64,000 bases of DNA from an uncultured bacterium. Its GTDB lineage: Bacteria; Verrucomicrobiota; Verrucomicrobiia; Verrucomicrobiales; DEV007. This document shows, piece after piece, positions 10,112 to 20,688 of this stretch. A program made the translations under genes and the position numbers. Where the stretch lies: NCBI GenBank assembly GCA_963977015.1, contig CAXBMO010000008.1, positions 160,001 through 224,000 on the forward strand, written 5' to 3'. Below the pieces are notes generated by a model, which had not been told where the DNA came from, made no database searches, and saw only the letters and a program-made list of their open reading frames with translations. Position 1 is the stretch's first letter, and each line of letters opens with the position of its first letter.

Positions 10112-11506
10112 TCACCAATCCCCGCCGAGTGCTTGGATCAGTTGGACGGTTGTGGTGGCTTGCTCGCTCCGCAAGGCATTGGCGGTTCGGCGGGCTTGAA
10201 GTTCGGTTCGTTGCGCGTCGACAATCTCAAAGTAGCTCGCCGCACCTTTGTCGAAGCGCCTGCGGGCCAAATTCGTGGCACGGGTTGCGGCATCGACGGC
10301 TTCCTGCTGCGTGGTCGTCTGGCGATGCAGAACCTGGAGATCCAGCAGCGAATCCTCGACTTCGCGAACTGCGGTGAGCAACGCGCTGCGATAGTTCTCC
10401 GCGGATTCGTCCCACTTGGCTTTCGCTTCTTTTTCTGAAGCGCCGCGCCGTCCGGCCTGGAAAATCGGAATATCAAGCTGGGGCCCGAGATCGAAGAAGA
10501 TGCTGTCTCCGCTCGCGAAAAGATTGGAGCTGCTCAAGCTCGCCATCCCGCCAACTCCGGTCAGGCTCAAGCGCGGCAGAAAATCGGCTTTGGTGATTCC
10601 GACCTGCTGAGACGCAGCGAGCAGGGAGTTCTTTGCCGCGCGAAGATCGGGGCGGCGTTCGAGCAACTCGGAAGGCAAGCCGGATGGAACGGAGGGAAGC
10701 CGAATCCCGGCTTTGGGAGATTCGAGCGCAAATTCGGACGGCGCTTTGCCCGCCAAGGTTGCGATCGCATGCTCGAGTTTTCCGTGCCTTCGTTGGAGAC
10801 CCTGGGCTTGGCTTCTTGCCGTCTTCAATTCGGTTTCAGCCCGAGCGACATCCAGACTGGTGCCGGCCCCGCCTTCGAAGCGGGAATTCTGTAGATCGAC
10901 AGCCTCCTGGCGAACCGCGACCTCGTTTTGGAAAATCGCGATCTCTTTTTCCGTGTAACGGAGCGCGAAATACTGGCGCGCCAGCGTCGCCCGGGTCGAA
11001 AGCAGGGCGTCTTCGTAAAGTTCCCGCGTTGCTTCCGCGGTCAGTTTATCGCGCCGGTAAGCGCCGCGAATCCGCCCCCAGAGATCCACTTCCCAGGACG
11101 CGTTCAGCGCCACGCGATAGTTGTCGAACTCCACGCCATCGATCGGGAATCGCAGTTGGTTGATCGAATCCCGGTTGGTCGTGTAGGACGCGTCGCCGCG
11201 CAGCGACGGGAATCGCTGTGCTCCGGAGATGCCGAGAACGGCATTCGCCTGATTGAGTCGCGCGGCCGCTGCGCGAACATCCGGATTCTCCGCCTCAACC
11301 GCTTCCATCAGGGCGTTCAATGTCGGGTCGTGAAAAACGCTCCACCAGTGGCCGCTCTGGGGCGCGGGTTGTCCGGCCTGGGGGTGTCGAAATCCCGCTG
11401 GAGCCTCTGGCTCACCACCTTGAGGCGACCAGTGGTCAACAAGCGTGGGGGAACTGCATCCCACGAGAAAAAGCCCGAAGGATGCGATACAAAGTCGAAG
11501 AAACAT
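10112..11506 (-). CDS. RND efflux outer membrane lipoprotein (NodT/OprM family)
   Basis: Lipobox LVGC, WWSVFHDPTLN, ASWEVDLWGR, GLPSELLERRPD, ALGGDW. Confidence 0.93.
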   Translation of the reverse strand: MFLRLCIASFGLFLVGCSSPTLVDHWSPQGGEPEAPAGFRHPQAGQPAPQSGHWWSVFHDPTLNALMEAVEAENPDVRAAAARLNQANAVLGISGAQRFPSLRGDASYTTNRDSINQLRFPIDGVEFDNYRVALNASWEVDLWGRIRGAYRRDKLTAEATRELYEDALLSTRATLARQYFALRYTEKEIAIFQNEVAVRQEAVDLQNSRFEGGAGTSLDVARAETELKTARSQAQGLQRRHGKLEHAIATLAGKAPSEFALESPKAGIRLPSVPSGLPSELLERRPDLRAAKNSLLAASQQVGITKADFLPRLSLTGVGGMASLSSSNLFASGDSIFFDLGPQLDIPIFQAGRRGASEKEAKAKWDESAENYRSALLTAVREVEDSLLDLQVLHRQTTTQQEAVDAATRATNLARRRFDKGAASYFEIVDAQRTELQARRTANALRSEQATTTVQLIQALGGDW

Positions 11507-14500
11507 TATGCGGTGACTGGTTTGGCGAGAGAATCGCCGGAAGTGTTGATAGTTAACTTCCGCTTAGGATCGAAAAATGCAAACACCACGCTTAACATAC
11601 ACGGGGTCAAAATCAGGGTGAACACCGTCGAAAGCAGCAATCCGCCGACGACGACCGAACCCAGACCGCGGTAAAGCTCGGACCCCGAGCCGGGAAGGAC
11701 GACGAGTGGAATCATTCCCCCGACCGATGTCAGCGCGCTCATCAAAATCGGTCGGACCCGGCTTTTGACCGACGCGACAATCGCTTCGTCCGGTGTTTCC
11801 ACCTTTCGTTCCGTATCCTGGAGGAAATTGAGGGTCTGGTGAACAATCAGGATGGAGTTGTTCACGACCACACCCGCCAGAATCACGAAGCCGAGGATGC
11901 TGAGCATGTCCAAATTCTGCGTTGGCATGTAGCGATCGATCACGCTCCAGTGGTGGACGAGCGCCAATCCCAAAAAGCCGCCAAAGGTGGCCAGGGGCAC
12001 CGAAAGCATGATGACGAGCGGATAGCTCCAGCTTTGGAAGAGGACGACCATCACCAAATACACGACGAGAAATGCCAAAACGAGCGAACTCGTAAGCGTT
12101 CCGACGATGGAGCCATCTCCCAGCAGCGCGGTTTTGATTTCGTTGAGCTTTCCGGCCGATCCCGCCAGCTTGACGTCGACCGACGCGGGAATCGCGCCAC
12201 CGCCGCGAAGGTTCCCGACCAATTCGTTGACGCGATCAATGGCGCTCTCCAGCGGCATCCCCTCGGGCGGCGTGAGTTGGAGCGTGACGGCGCGGTCGCG
12301 GTCGACGTGTCGAATTTCGCTCGGACCGCGAACCCGATTCACTTCGGCCACGGTCCGCAGGTCCACAATCTGGCCCGTGCCCGTCGCCAGGGGAGTATTC
12401 AGGATGGCATCGATCGGGTGATCGCCGGACGCGTCCTTGCTGATCACCTTCATGTCGCGGAGCTCGCCTTCCTGCTCGTATTGGCGAAAGAGCAGGATGC
12501 CGTCGCCGTTGGCCTGCGCCGCCAACCCGGCGTCGGTCCGCGTCATCCCGAGTTTCCGCAGTTGCTTGTCAAGAGGAATAATCCGCAGTTCGGTGGACGA
12601 AAGCGCGAAATTCGCGGGATCCGGATTGATGCTGTAGGGGCCAAAGTCCCCAAAAAGCGTGAACATGAGCGCTTTCGCAGCTTCCGTCACCTCGTCCAGG
12701 TTTCGCCCGGTCAGGTCAATCTTGATGGCGGATCCCGTGTTTCCGCCGACCCGGAATAGCGGCATTTGAAAGGCAAAGGCAATCGTGTCGGGTGCGCTGT
12801 GGCCTCTGGTCGCCGCGTTCATCAGCGGAATGGCATCGGCCACCCGTTTTTTATCGGCCGAGATTGCGCCATGGAACATGCGTCCGTCAAAACTCACCAA
12901 AAAGTAGTGTTCGATCGGGGGCGGGAGGACAGAGGGTTCGCCACCGGGAAAAGGCGGAACCAGTTCGCGTTTGTCGAGCTTCGGATTCGGGCCGCCGCGA
13001 ACAACGCTTTCAACCTTGAAGCGATCATCAACGACCGACCAGGCCGGCTCCATTTTCTCCTCGATGCGTTCTCCGATATCCGACAACTGTTCCAGATTAT
13101 AGCCGGGTGGGGGAATGAGGAGCCCAAAGACGATGTTCCGGTTTCCGCGCGGAAGATAGTCGAGCGGTGGCATGAGGATCATGATGCCGAACACCGTCCC
13201 AATCGTGAAAACCAGAATGACGCTGATCCGGGCGGACCACGACTTGTTCACCGACGCGACAAAATTGCCAACGACATTGGGCAGCTCGTCGATCAACGTT
13301 CGGAACGCGTGAATGGGGTGGAGCCAATTCGATTTCCCGGCGTTCCCGTTCTCTTCCGGCTCCTCTTCGTGCAGCGAATCGCCGCGATGGAGAATCCGGG
13401 CTGCCGCCGCCGGAATGACGGTCAGGGAAACGAGCAGACTCAGCCCGACCGCCGCCATGATCGCGTAGGCGATGTCCTTGAACAATTGGCCCGCTGTCTC
13501 CTGGATCAGGAGAATGGGGAAGAAGACCACCATGGTCGTCACGGTTGAAGCCAGCACGGCGCCACCGACTTCCTTCGCGCCTTCGACGGAGGCTCTTCGC
13601 GCGCCTTTGCCCATCTCGAGATGGCGGAAGATGTTCTCGATCACCACAATCGCATTGTCGACGACCATTCCCACCGCGAACGCCATGCCCGCCAGCGAAA
13701 TAATGTTCACCGACCGGCCCAGCATCACGAGCACGACAATCGCGCCAATCACCGAAATCGGAATCGCGATCGCGATAATCCCGACCGTCCGTAACGAGCG
13801 GAGAAAGAAGAGCAATGTCAGCGTCGCCAGAACACCTCCAAACAGAATATTGCTCTGCACCAATTTGATCGCGTCGCGCACATAGGTCGTGGCATCGTAG
13901 GATTGCACCAGTTCGAGCGTTCCGTTCAGTCCGAGCGAACGCGAATGTTCTGCCAGCAAACCATCCGGTGCGTTCATCCGGTCGACCTCCGCTTTGATCT
14001 CGTTCATCGTGCCGATCAAATTCGCGCCGCGTTGAACCTGGAAATTGAAGAACGGCATTTCGTGGCCTCGAGCGCGTGCCCAGTTGGTCTTCTCCTTGTA
14101 CGTTTTGACGACTTCGGCGACATCGCGAACATAGACCGGGCCGGCGTCATCGCGGCGAATGATCATGCTCATGACTTCCTCCGGATTCTCGAATCGCCCG
14201 GTCGCCCGAATCCGGATGTCGCGCTTTCCTTCCGGAATCTGGCCACCGGAAAAATTCTCGTTCGAAACCCGAATCGCAGTGACGAGTTGTTGCCAGGTAA
14301 GGTTGCGATTGGCCAGCGCTCGGGCATCCACCCGAATCTGCAATTCCGCCTGTCGCGCCCCTCGAATGCCAACCTGGGAGATGCCGGGGATCCGGTCGAA
14401 ACGCGGCTTCATGCGCCGCTCCATGAAATCGAACAACGTCGTCGTATCGAAACTGGGATCGGTGGAGGAAAGGCCGATCCACGCCACATAATCGACCGAT

Positions 14501-14898
14501 TCCGGATCGATGTCCTCCACCACGGGTTGAATTACATTGGGCGGATACCCGGGAACCTCGTCCAGTTTCTGAAGCACTTCCGCCTTGGCTTCATCGATGT
14601 TCGTTCCCGTCAAAAACTCCAATCGCACCGTTCCCTGGCCAGCCTTGCTGTTGCTCGTCAACGAAGCCAATCCCGCGATATCGCCCAGCACCTTCTCCTG
14701 CTCCTCCACGATGTCACTTTCGATCTCTTCCGCCGAAGCGCCTTCCCAGTTGGTGCTCACGGAAATCACCACCGAGTCCACCTCCGGTTTCATCTGCACG
14801 GGAACACTCGTAAAGGCGAGCACACCGGCAAGCAGTGCCAAACCGACCCCGACTGCGACCGTCACCGGTTGCCGAACGCAATACTCGACGAGGTTCAT
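11506..14898 (-). CDS. RND efflux permease (AcrB/AcrD/AcrF family)
   Basis: 1130 aa; GMVVDNAIVVIENI, GVVVNNSIL, RVRPILMS. Confidence 0.95.
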   Translation of the reverse strand: MNLVEYCVRQPVTVAVGVGLALLAGVLAFTSVPVQMKPEVDSVVISVSTNWEGASAEEIESDIVEEQEKVLGDIAGLASLTSNSKAGQGTVRLEFLTGTNIDEAKAEVLQKLDEVPGYPPNVIQPVVEDIDPESVDYVAWIGLSSTDPSFDTTTLFDFMERRMKPRFDRIPGISQVGIRGARQAELQIRVDARALANRNLTWQQLVTAIRVSNENFSGGQIPEGKRDIRIRATGRFENPEEVMSMIIRRDDAGPVYVRDVAEVVKTYKEKTNWARARGHEMPFFNFQVQRGANLIGTMNEIKAEVDRMNAPDGLLAEHSRSLGLNGTLELVQSYDATTYVRDAIKLVQSNILFGGVLATLTLLFFLRSLRTVGIIAIAIPISVIGAIVVLVMLGRSVNIISLAGMAFAVGMVVDNAIVVIENIFRHLEMGKGARRASVEGAKEVGGAVLASTVTTMVVFFPILLIQETAGQLFKDIAYAIMAAVGLSLLVSLTVIPAAAARILHRGDSLHEEEPEENGNAGKSNWLHPIHAFRTLIDELPNVVGNFVASVNKSWSARISVILVFTIGTVFGIMILMPPLDYLPRGNRNIVFGLLIPPPGYNLEQLSDIGERIEEKMEPAWSVVDDRFKVESVVRGGPNPKLDKRELVPPFPGGEPSVLPPPIEHYFLVSFDGRMFHGAISADKKRVADAIPLMNAATRGHSAPDTIAFAFQMPLFRVGGNTGSAIKIDLTGRNLDEVTEAAKALMFTLFGDFGPYSINPDPANFALSSTELRIIPLDKQLRKLGMTRTDAGLAAQANGDGILLFRQYEQEGELRDMKVISKDASGDHPIDAILNTPLATGTGQIVDLRTVAEVNRVRGPSEIRHVDRDRAVTLQLTPPEGMPLESAIDRVNELVGNLRGGGAIPASVDVKLAGSAGKLNEIKTALLGDGSIVGTLTSSLVLAFLVVYLVMVVLFQSWSYPLVIMLSVPLATFGGFLGLALVHHWSVIDRYMPTQNLDMLSILGFVILAGVVVNNSILIVHQTLNFLQDTERKVETPDEAIVASVKSRVRPILMSALTSVGGMIPLVVLPGSGSELYRGLGSVVVGGLLLSTVFTLILTPCMLSVVFAFFDPKRKLTINTSGDSLAKPVTA

Positions 14899-16142
14899 AG
14901 CTTCGGCAGCGGTTCCTCAGGTTTACCTTTTACCTGTACCAGCAAGGGCTGACCCGGCATGAGGCGGTCGTTGCCTTCGGTGACGACGCGGTCGCCTTTC
15001 TTGAGGCCGGAATCCTTGGCGCGGACGAAGGCCATGCCGAAACGCTCGAAATTGACGGTGACGGGGGTCTGGCGGGCCACCGGCATGGGACCTTCGCCGG
15101 ATCCATCGACCACAAAGACAAAGTCGCCCATTCGCGAGCGAACCAAAGCGTCGACTGGAAAACTGTAGTGGGGCTCGTTGGCTCCGACCGGGACAATTCC
15201 GGTGATCGATTGGCCGGGCGCGAGTTTGGACTTCTTGTTGTCGAGGGTGGCGACAACGGTGAAGAGTTGACTCCGGGGTTCGACGTCCGGCACGATGGAA
15301 ACCTGGTTGGGGGTGAAGATTTCGCCGCTCGAGGAAAGTCGCACCTGGATGGATTCGGGTTTGGAGGAGACGTCCCCCAAATACCGCTCCGGAACGCTCA
15401 TCCACGCTTCCACGGGATCGACGGAGACGAGCGTCATGACGGATTGACCGGCGCTGACCCATTCACCCAGTTCAACGTGACGTTCGGCGATGACGCCGGA
15501 AAACGGAGCCTGGATCTCAAGGTCCTGCTTGCGAATTTCCATCAACTCGATCCGGCTTTGCGATTCGGCAACCGCCTGCCGGGCGGCTTCGGCCTGAGCT
15601 TCGGCGACCGCCAGTTCGCGCTCGGCATCGAGAAACTCGCTTTTGGAAATGGCTTTGTCGCGAAGGAGTCCTTCCTTCATCTGTAAATCCGAGGTCGCGC
15701 GTTTCAATTCCGCTTCGCGCTGGCTCACCAGTTTGGCCGCAGACTGCAGGTGGGCTTTGGCTTCGGCAAGTTGGGCAATGGTGCGGCGGCCGTCGAGCTG
15801 GACCAATTTGTCGCCCTTCTTGACCACGTCACCCTCGTCGGCAAAAACCTCGATCACGGATTCAGGCTCGTGGGCGGCGATGTTGGCCCGGGAAACCGCG
15901 CGGAGTGTTCCGGTCACGATCGATTCGTCCTGGGCGTTTGAGTTTTGAACGACGGTGACGAAGACGGCGGCAGGTGGGGGCCCTTGAGGCATGTCTCCTC
16001 CACCGCCCATGGCTCCCGCTGCGGGCGCCTTCTGAATCACCATCACAATGGCGACGACCACCCCGACGAGCAGCAGCGCCATCGCGGCAATCAAAAGGGG
16101 GCCTCGCTTGGAGGATGAGTCGGATTTTCCAGAGGTGGACAT
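14895..16142 (-). CDS. RND efflux periplasmic adaptor (membrane fusion protein)
   Basis: N-terminal TM, EGDVVKKGDKLVQLD, IQAPFSG, GLKKGDRVVTEG. Confidence 0.93.
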   Translation of the reverse strand: MSTSGKSDSSSKRGPLLIAAMALLLVGVVVAIVMVIQKAPAAGAMGGGGDMPQGPPPAAVFVTVVQNSNAQDESIVTGTLRAVSRANIAAHEPESVIEVFADEGDVVKKGDKLVQLDGRRTIAQLAEAKAHLQSAAKLVSQREAELKRATSDLQMKEGLLRDKAISKSEFLDAERELAVAEAQAEAARQAVAESQSRIELMEIRKQDLEIQAPFSGVIAERHVELGEWVSAGQSVMTLVSVDPVEAWMSVPERYLGDVSSKPESIQVRLSSSGEIFTPNQVSIVPDVEPRSQLFTVVATLDNKKSKLAPGQSITGIVPVGANEPHYSFPVDALVRSRMGDFVFVVDGSGEGPMPVARQTPVTVNFERFGMAFVRAKDSGLKKGDRVVTEGNDRLMPGQPLLVQVKGKPEEPLPKL

Positions 16143-16234
16143 CGGCGGGAATAGACGGTTGAGAGGCCCGTCCTGTCAATCGGACTCCGACGGAAGTTCC
16201 GCGCGATGCTTACACGAAGTTTTGGCGTTTTTTC

Positions 16235-18652
16235 CTACCGTTTCAGAAACGGAAAACGGGTCTTGGTACGAGGGCGTTCGCGCTTGTCTGAATTCAGTTT
16301 TTTGAGGTTCTCCGAACGCTCAAAATCGGCATCGAGCCGTTGCTCGGTGGGAACACCCGGATTGGGGAATTCCTCGGCTGCGTCAGCACCGACTTCGGTG
16401 CGGAGATCTTCGTCATAGCTGGCGCCCATCAATTCGTGATTGTCCATCACGACGACCGGTTGGATGAAGATCAGCAACTCCGTGCGGGTGAGATCGCGAT
16501 CGGTGTTCTTGAAGGCATGTCCAAGGACGGGAATGCGATTCACAAAAGGAAGGCCTTCGGTGCTTTTATTGTCGCTTTCCGTGATCAAGCCGCCGAGGAC
16601 GATGGTGTGGCGATCCGGAACCGTCAACGTGGTGGTCAGTTCTTCGGTACCAATGATGGGAACGCTGTTGTTCGCCACAATCTGTTGGCCAATGACGGTG
16701 TCGTTGATCTGGGCGATCTCGAGTGTGACTTCGCGATCGGCGTTGATGAGAGGAATGACTTCCAGCTTCAGGACCACATCCTCAAAGGCGATCGTCGTGT
16801 TGAGAGCCGCGTTGGCTGTTCCGGCGGTGGCATCCGTAATCGTGCTTTCCGGAACGGGGATGCGTTGACCGCTGGTGATGCTGGCGCGCTTGTTGTTCTG
16901 CACGCTGAGAACGGGGCGGGAAACGACTTTGAACTGGTTGCTCGTTTCGAGCGCGGAAATGAAGACGTCGAAGCTTCCGCCAAACGAGCCATAAAGGTTC
17001 AGCCCTTCTGATGGGCCAAATGCGTTGCTGATCAGGTTGCTGCGGACATCGGCAACGCTTCCGTTCGAGAGGATGTCATCCCGCTCGGTGATCAGGCTTG
17101 AGGCAAGACCGCCGGCGTTCAAATTGCCCGCGTTGAACGACTCAAACTGCTTCAGATAATCCACGCCAATATCCATGCCGTCACCAAGCGTGAGCTGGCC
17201 GATGACCATTGCCAGGTAAACCTGCGGAGGCTTGCGATCGAGGCGGTCAACCAGTTCATCGACCGTCTGCTTGGCTTCGTCCGAGCCAATCACGATGAGC
17301 ATGTTCGCCTGACGATCGGCAATCACCCGGGTTTTGCCAACCAACACGGAAATGGGGGCCGTTTCGTCGATGGGAAACGCGAGTCGATCCGCCTGGCCAC
17401 CTGTCGCGTCGGCCGCGTTTTGTTGTTGGAACCGCGTTTGTTGGGATTCGTTTTGGGTGCCGGTCAGCGCCTGAAGTTGAGACGAAGCGACCGGCGTTTG
17501 GCGGGTGTCGATCGTTCTTCCGCCGGGCAATTGCGTGGTGCCAGTTCCGGTGTCAGTCAAGATATCGACCACGACGGGAAGGATATCGATGACCTTGGCG
17601 TAGTTGAGGTGTTTCTCGAGTGGCGACTGATTGGGAAGCGGGCGATCGAATTCCTCGATCAAACTGAGGATGAATGCAAAGTCGAGCGGCGAGGCCTGGA
17701 CCATGATGCGGTTGAGGCGGTCATCTGCAATCAACTGGGCTGCGGGATCATTGGCGCTACCGATTCCAGCGGACTGATTTGCGTTTTGGTCCCGGTTCTG
17801 GTTTTGATTTCGGTTGTTATTATTGTTGTTGTTTTGCTGCTGCTGTTGTTGGCCGTTGATGGTGCGCCCCAATTCACTAAGCCGGGTTCGTTCTTCCTGG
17901 CGGGCATCCATCGCCGCCTGGATGATTTGGGCAACCGTATTGGAATCCGCGTAGATCAACTGGACGAACTGGGTCATGAGCCGGGCTTCATCCGGCGGAA
18001 CATCGATGATCTCCCGCAGCTTGGCCATCTTCCGAACCAACGCGGCGCTTTCCGTGATGAGGAGGCCCGGAGGCGACTCGACCGGAGTGATGCGCCCGTA
18101 GGGGTTGAGCTGAACGTGGTTCGACATGATCAGACCGGCGTCTTCGGGGCTGATGTGGTTCAGCTTCATGAAAAAGCCGATCAACGCCTCTCCGCCCGGC
18201 AATTCCATGGGATCGGTGAAGATGACTTCGCCATCGTTGAAGTTGTTCGCGGCCTCGCCCGCCCGGCCCAGCAACAGCTTGATCGACTTTTGGTCCGACT
18301 CGTGAATCACGACATAGCCATTGAGGATCAGTGCGGATTCGATCAACCGAATCGCCTCGTCATTCGGAACGGGCCGGGGTGTCACCAGACTGATCTGCGG
18401 GCCGTTGAAGACCGCGCTGTCTTTCATCACGACCTTGCCGGTTAGGCGCTCATAAACCGGCAGGATGTCGGTCACGGCATTGAGCGGGAACTGCAGCGTA
18501 ACGCCATCACCATCACCCCCGCCTCCTGGTCTTCCCATGCCGCCGCCGCGTCCTCCAGCCGGAGGAGTGTCGGTTGCCGCATCTTGGGCAGAAACTGGCA
18601 GGACCAGCCACAGGGCCAGCGCTCCAGCAATCCAGTAGGGGAAGGTTTTCAT
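16235..18652 (-). CDS. gspD: Type II secretion secretin GspD
   Basis: Signal peptide, N0-N3-like repeats, LDRKPPQV, SRPVLSVQNNKRASITSGQRIP, IVLGGLI, GLPFVNRIPVLGHAFK, ELLIFIQP. Confidence 0.92.
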   Translation of the reverse strand: MKTFPYWIAGALALWLVLPVSAQDAATDTPPAGGRGGGMGRPGGGGDGDGVTLQFPLNAVTDILPVYERLTGKVVMKDSAVFNGPQISLVTPRPVPNDEAIRLIESALILNGYVVIHESDQKSIKLLLGRAGEAANNFNDGEVIFTDPMELPGGEALIGFFMKLNHISPEDAGLIMSNHVQLNPYGRITPVESPPGLLITESAALVRKMAKLREIIDVPPDEARLMTQFVQLIYADSNTVAQIIQAAMDARQEERTRLSELGRTINGQQQQQQNNNNNNNRNQNQNRDQNANQSAGIGSANDPAAQLIADDRLNRIMVQASPLDFAFILSLIEEFDRPLPNQSPLEKHLNYAKVIDILPVVVDILTDTGTGTTQLPGGRTIDTRQTPVASSQLQALTGTQNESQQTRFQQQNAADATGGQADRLAFPIDETAPISVLVGKTRVIADRQANMLIVIGSDEAKQTVDELVDRLDRKPPQVYLAMVIGQLTLGDGMDIGVDYLKQFESFNAGNLNAGGLASSLITERDDILSNGSVADVRSNLISNAFGPSEGLNLYGSFGGSFDVFISALETSNQFKVVSRPVLSVQNNKRASITSGQRIPVPESTITDATAGTANAALNTTIAFEDVVLKLEVIPLINADREVTLEIAQINDTVIGQQIVANNSVPIIGTEELTTTLTVPDRHTIVLGGLITESDNKSTEGLPFVNRIPVLGHAFKNTDRDLTRTELLIFIQPVVVMDNHELMGASYDEDLRTEVGADAAEEFPNPGVPTEQRLDADFERSENLKKLNSDKRERPRTKTRFPFLKR
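17778..17852 (-). repeat. Low-complexity poly-Gln/poly-Asn coding tract within gspD
   Basis: Encodes QQQQQQNNNNNNNRNQNQNRDQNAN with mixed codons. Confidence 0.85.
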
Positions 18653-19533
18653 CAGTTCTGTTCGTTTTTCTCAATGAGTTGATCTGCCATCGCTCGAAAT
18701 TTTTCCCCCATCTGCTCGCGGGTCATGTCCGGGTTCTTTTCCCGCATCTCCCGCATCTTTGAGAAGAGCTTGTCGCGCTGTTCTTCGGACAGCTTGCTCA
18801 TTCGTTCCCGAATATCGGAGGGAGGGCCGCGACGCCGCTCACCGTCTCCGCGTCGTTCGCCCCGTCCATCGCCCCCGCTTCCGGCGGCAGGTTTTCCTTC
18901 ACCGGGTTTGAGCTGATTCTCGTCGAAGCGAATGGAAACGACCTCGCCGCCCGCCACGGAAATCCGCGCGGTGACTTTCTCCAGATCGGAGCGATCACCA
19001 TCCACCTCAATCATGCGCCAGCCCTGTGCATTGGCGTCTGAACCGACCACGTAACTCTCCTTTGATTTCTTATCGAGAATCGTCGCGATCGTTTCGTTCC
19101 CAATCTTGGCGATGCCAGTCAGAATCAGGGAATCGCTAAGATTGAGGGAGCGGGTAAAGGGGGAACTCGAGCGCAAAGCCTGGAAATCGTCATCCGTCAC
19201 CGGTTGAGGCATTCCGGGGAGCAGGGCGGCGGCAGAGGCGGGCTCTCGCCCCGGTTGTTCGGGTTCCGGAGCGGTTTCCGCTTTGGGCTCAGGCTTCGGT
19301 TCCGGTGGTGAATCGAGGGTGGGGGAGGGCGTGGAAGTGTCGTCCTCGATCCCGAAATCCAAGCCGTTGGCCAGCTCCATTGCCGCTGCATCGGCTTCTT
19401 CTTGGCTGACGATTTCGATCTCGCCGATTTCGACTTGAGACCAAGCGGGGAAGGCGCATGTCGCAAAAATGATCGAGCCAGCGAGCCAGGAGAGTTGTGT
19501 TGTAGGTTTCATTTGAGGAAGAGGTTCAGGCAC
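18652..19533 (-). CDS. Exported hypothetical protein, GspC-like by position
   Basis: Signal/TM segment, Pro/Glu linker, LILTGIAKIG...ATIL...GWRMIEV beta domain resembling the GspC HR domain; stop overlaps the gspD start. Confidence 0.55.
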   Translation of the reverse strand: MPEPLPQMKPTTQLSWLAGSIIFATCAFPAWSQVEIGEIEIVSQEEADAAAMELANGLDFGIEDDTSTPSPTLDSPPEPKPEPKAETAPEPEQPGREPASAAALLPGMPQPVTDDDFQALRSSSPFTRSLNLSDSLILTGIAKIGNETIATILDKKSKESYVVGSDANAQGWRMIEVDGDRSDLEKVTARISVAGGEVVSIRFDENQLKPGEGKPAAGSGGDGRGERRGDGERRRGPPSDIRERMSKLSEEQRDKLFSKMREMREKNPDMTREQMGEKFRAMADQLIEKNEQN

Positions 19534-19541
19534 GGAATCAA

Positions 19542-20105
19542 TCAGGAATCCGCGTTCGCCGGTTTAAACCACCGCGCGACGGTTAGGTTGCATCGTGCCT
19601 GGGGCTCCTTCTCCCGCGACGCCGTGTCGAGGGAGAGTTCAAGGTTCTTGACGACGTAGAACGCTTCCGGTTTCTGCAAAGTGGTGAGCCACTCATTTAT
19701 GGCGGCGAGATCTCCCCGAACGATGATGTTGACCGAGACCTCCTGGTAAAACTCGGTCGACTGTGGCTCGAGGAGATTTTGGCGCTCCAACTGCAGTTTT
19801 CGTTCGAACGCTTCGTTCTGGAGTTTTTCCAGCAGTTGGCCCTGATCCTTGCCCGCGCTTTGCAGGATCGGCATGTTTTCGCTGATCCATTTTCCCCGTT
19901 CAATCGGGTCATCCCAGTTGCCCGTGCGCTCGGCGAGCCAGCTTTGCTGCTCAATTTCCTCCTGCTTCAATGTATCGAGCGTCGCTCCGCTCTTCCGCAG
20001 TCCAACCACGATTCGTTGCAGCCCAATCAGGTTCGCCATCACAAACAGTGTGCCCAGGCACAGGGTCAAAAGGAGTTTCTCTCGGGACGTCAGGGAGCGC
20101 ATCAT
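19542..20105 (-). CDS. GspM/PilO family inner-membrane platform protein
   Basis: LTSREKLLL+TM, coiled coil, ferredoxin-like C-terminus (VSVNIIVRGDLAAINEWL). Confidence 0.7.
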   Translation of the reverse strand: MMRSLTSREKLLLTLCLGTLFVMANLIGLQRIVVGLRKSGATLDTLKQEEIEQQSWLAERTGNWDDPIERGKWISENMPILQSAGKDQGQLLEKLQNEAFERKLQLERQNLLEPQSTEFYQEVSVNIIVRGDLAAINEWLTTLQKPEAFYVVKNLELSLDTASREKEPQARCNLTVARWFKPANADS

Positions 20106-20688
20106 TCAACTGGGTTTGATGGCTAGACGCCTGGAACGCGACCCCGTTTCAGCGGAATGCGAGAATCGGGACGCAAGGTTGGTTCCTTCCAAGGCCCGAA
20201 GACACTCAGCCATGCCGTTGTCGGAAGTCCCGGCTTCTGTTGGGGAAGTTTTGGGGGCAAATGCATGGGTGCGAAGTGGCGTTGTTCTGGATGTATCGAG
20301 ACACAGAGAAGGTGGTCCGAATATTTTATCCAAGTACGGCGAGGGTTGTTGTTATCATGTTAGGATAGAGTTGTTTATATCGTTCTCTCCAACACCATCC
20401 CTACCGTGGCAGAACGTAATCAACTTTGCTTTCAATTCAAAGGATTAAAAGGTTGCCCCTGGGTCGGCAACGTCATCGAGCGGGCTCAACGCGAATGCGA
20501 TGCGATGGGACTGATGCGGCGCCTCTGCTCAGGCTATCTCTTGTGCCCCATGGAAAATCCGGGCGAACCTTGCAATTATACAATTAAGGTAAAGTTAACT
20601 GTATAGAAAAAGTAATATATTAGCTGTGGCAGGTATTCAGGTGAGTGAGCGCGGATGGTCCCCATCCCGCAACCGGCAACGGCCCCTG

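Noticed and set aside
20406-20606. 66-aa Cys-rich ORF in the T2SS gap
   Set aside because: GTG start, opposite strand to the operon, no recognisable motif; not supportable as a gene
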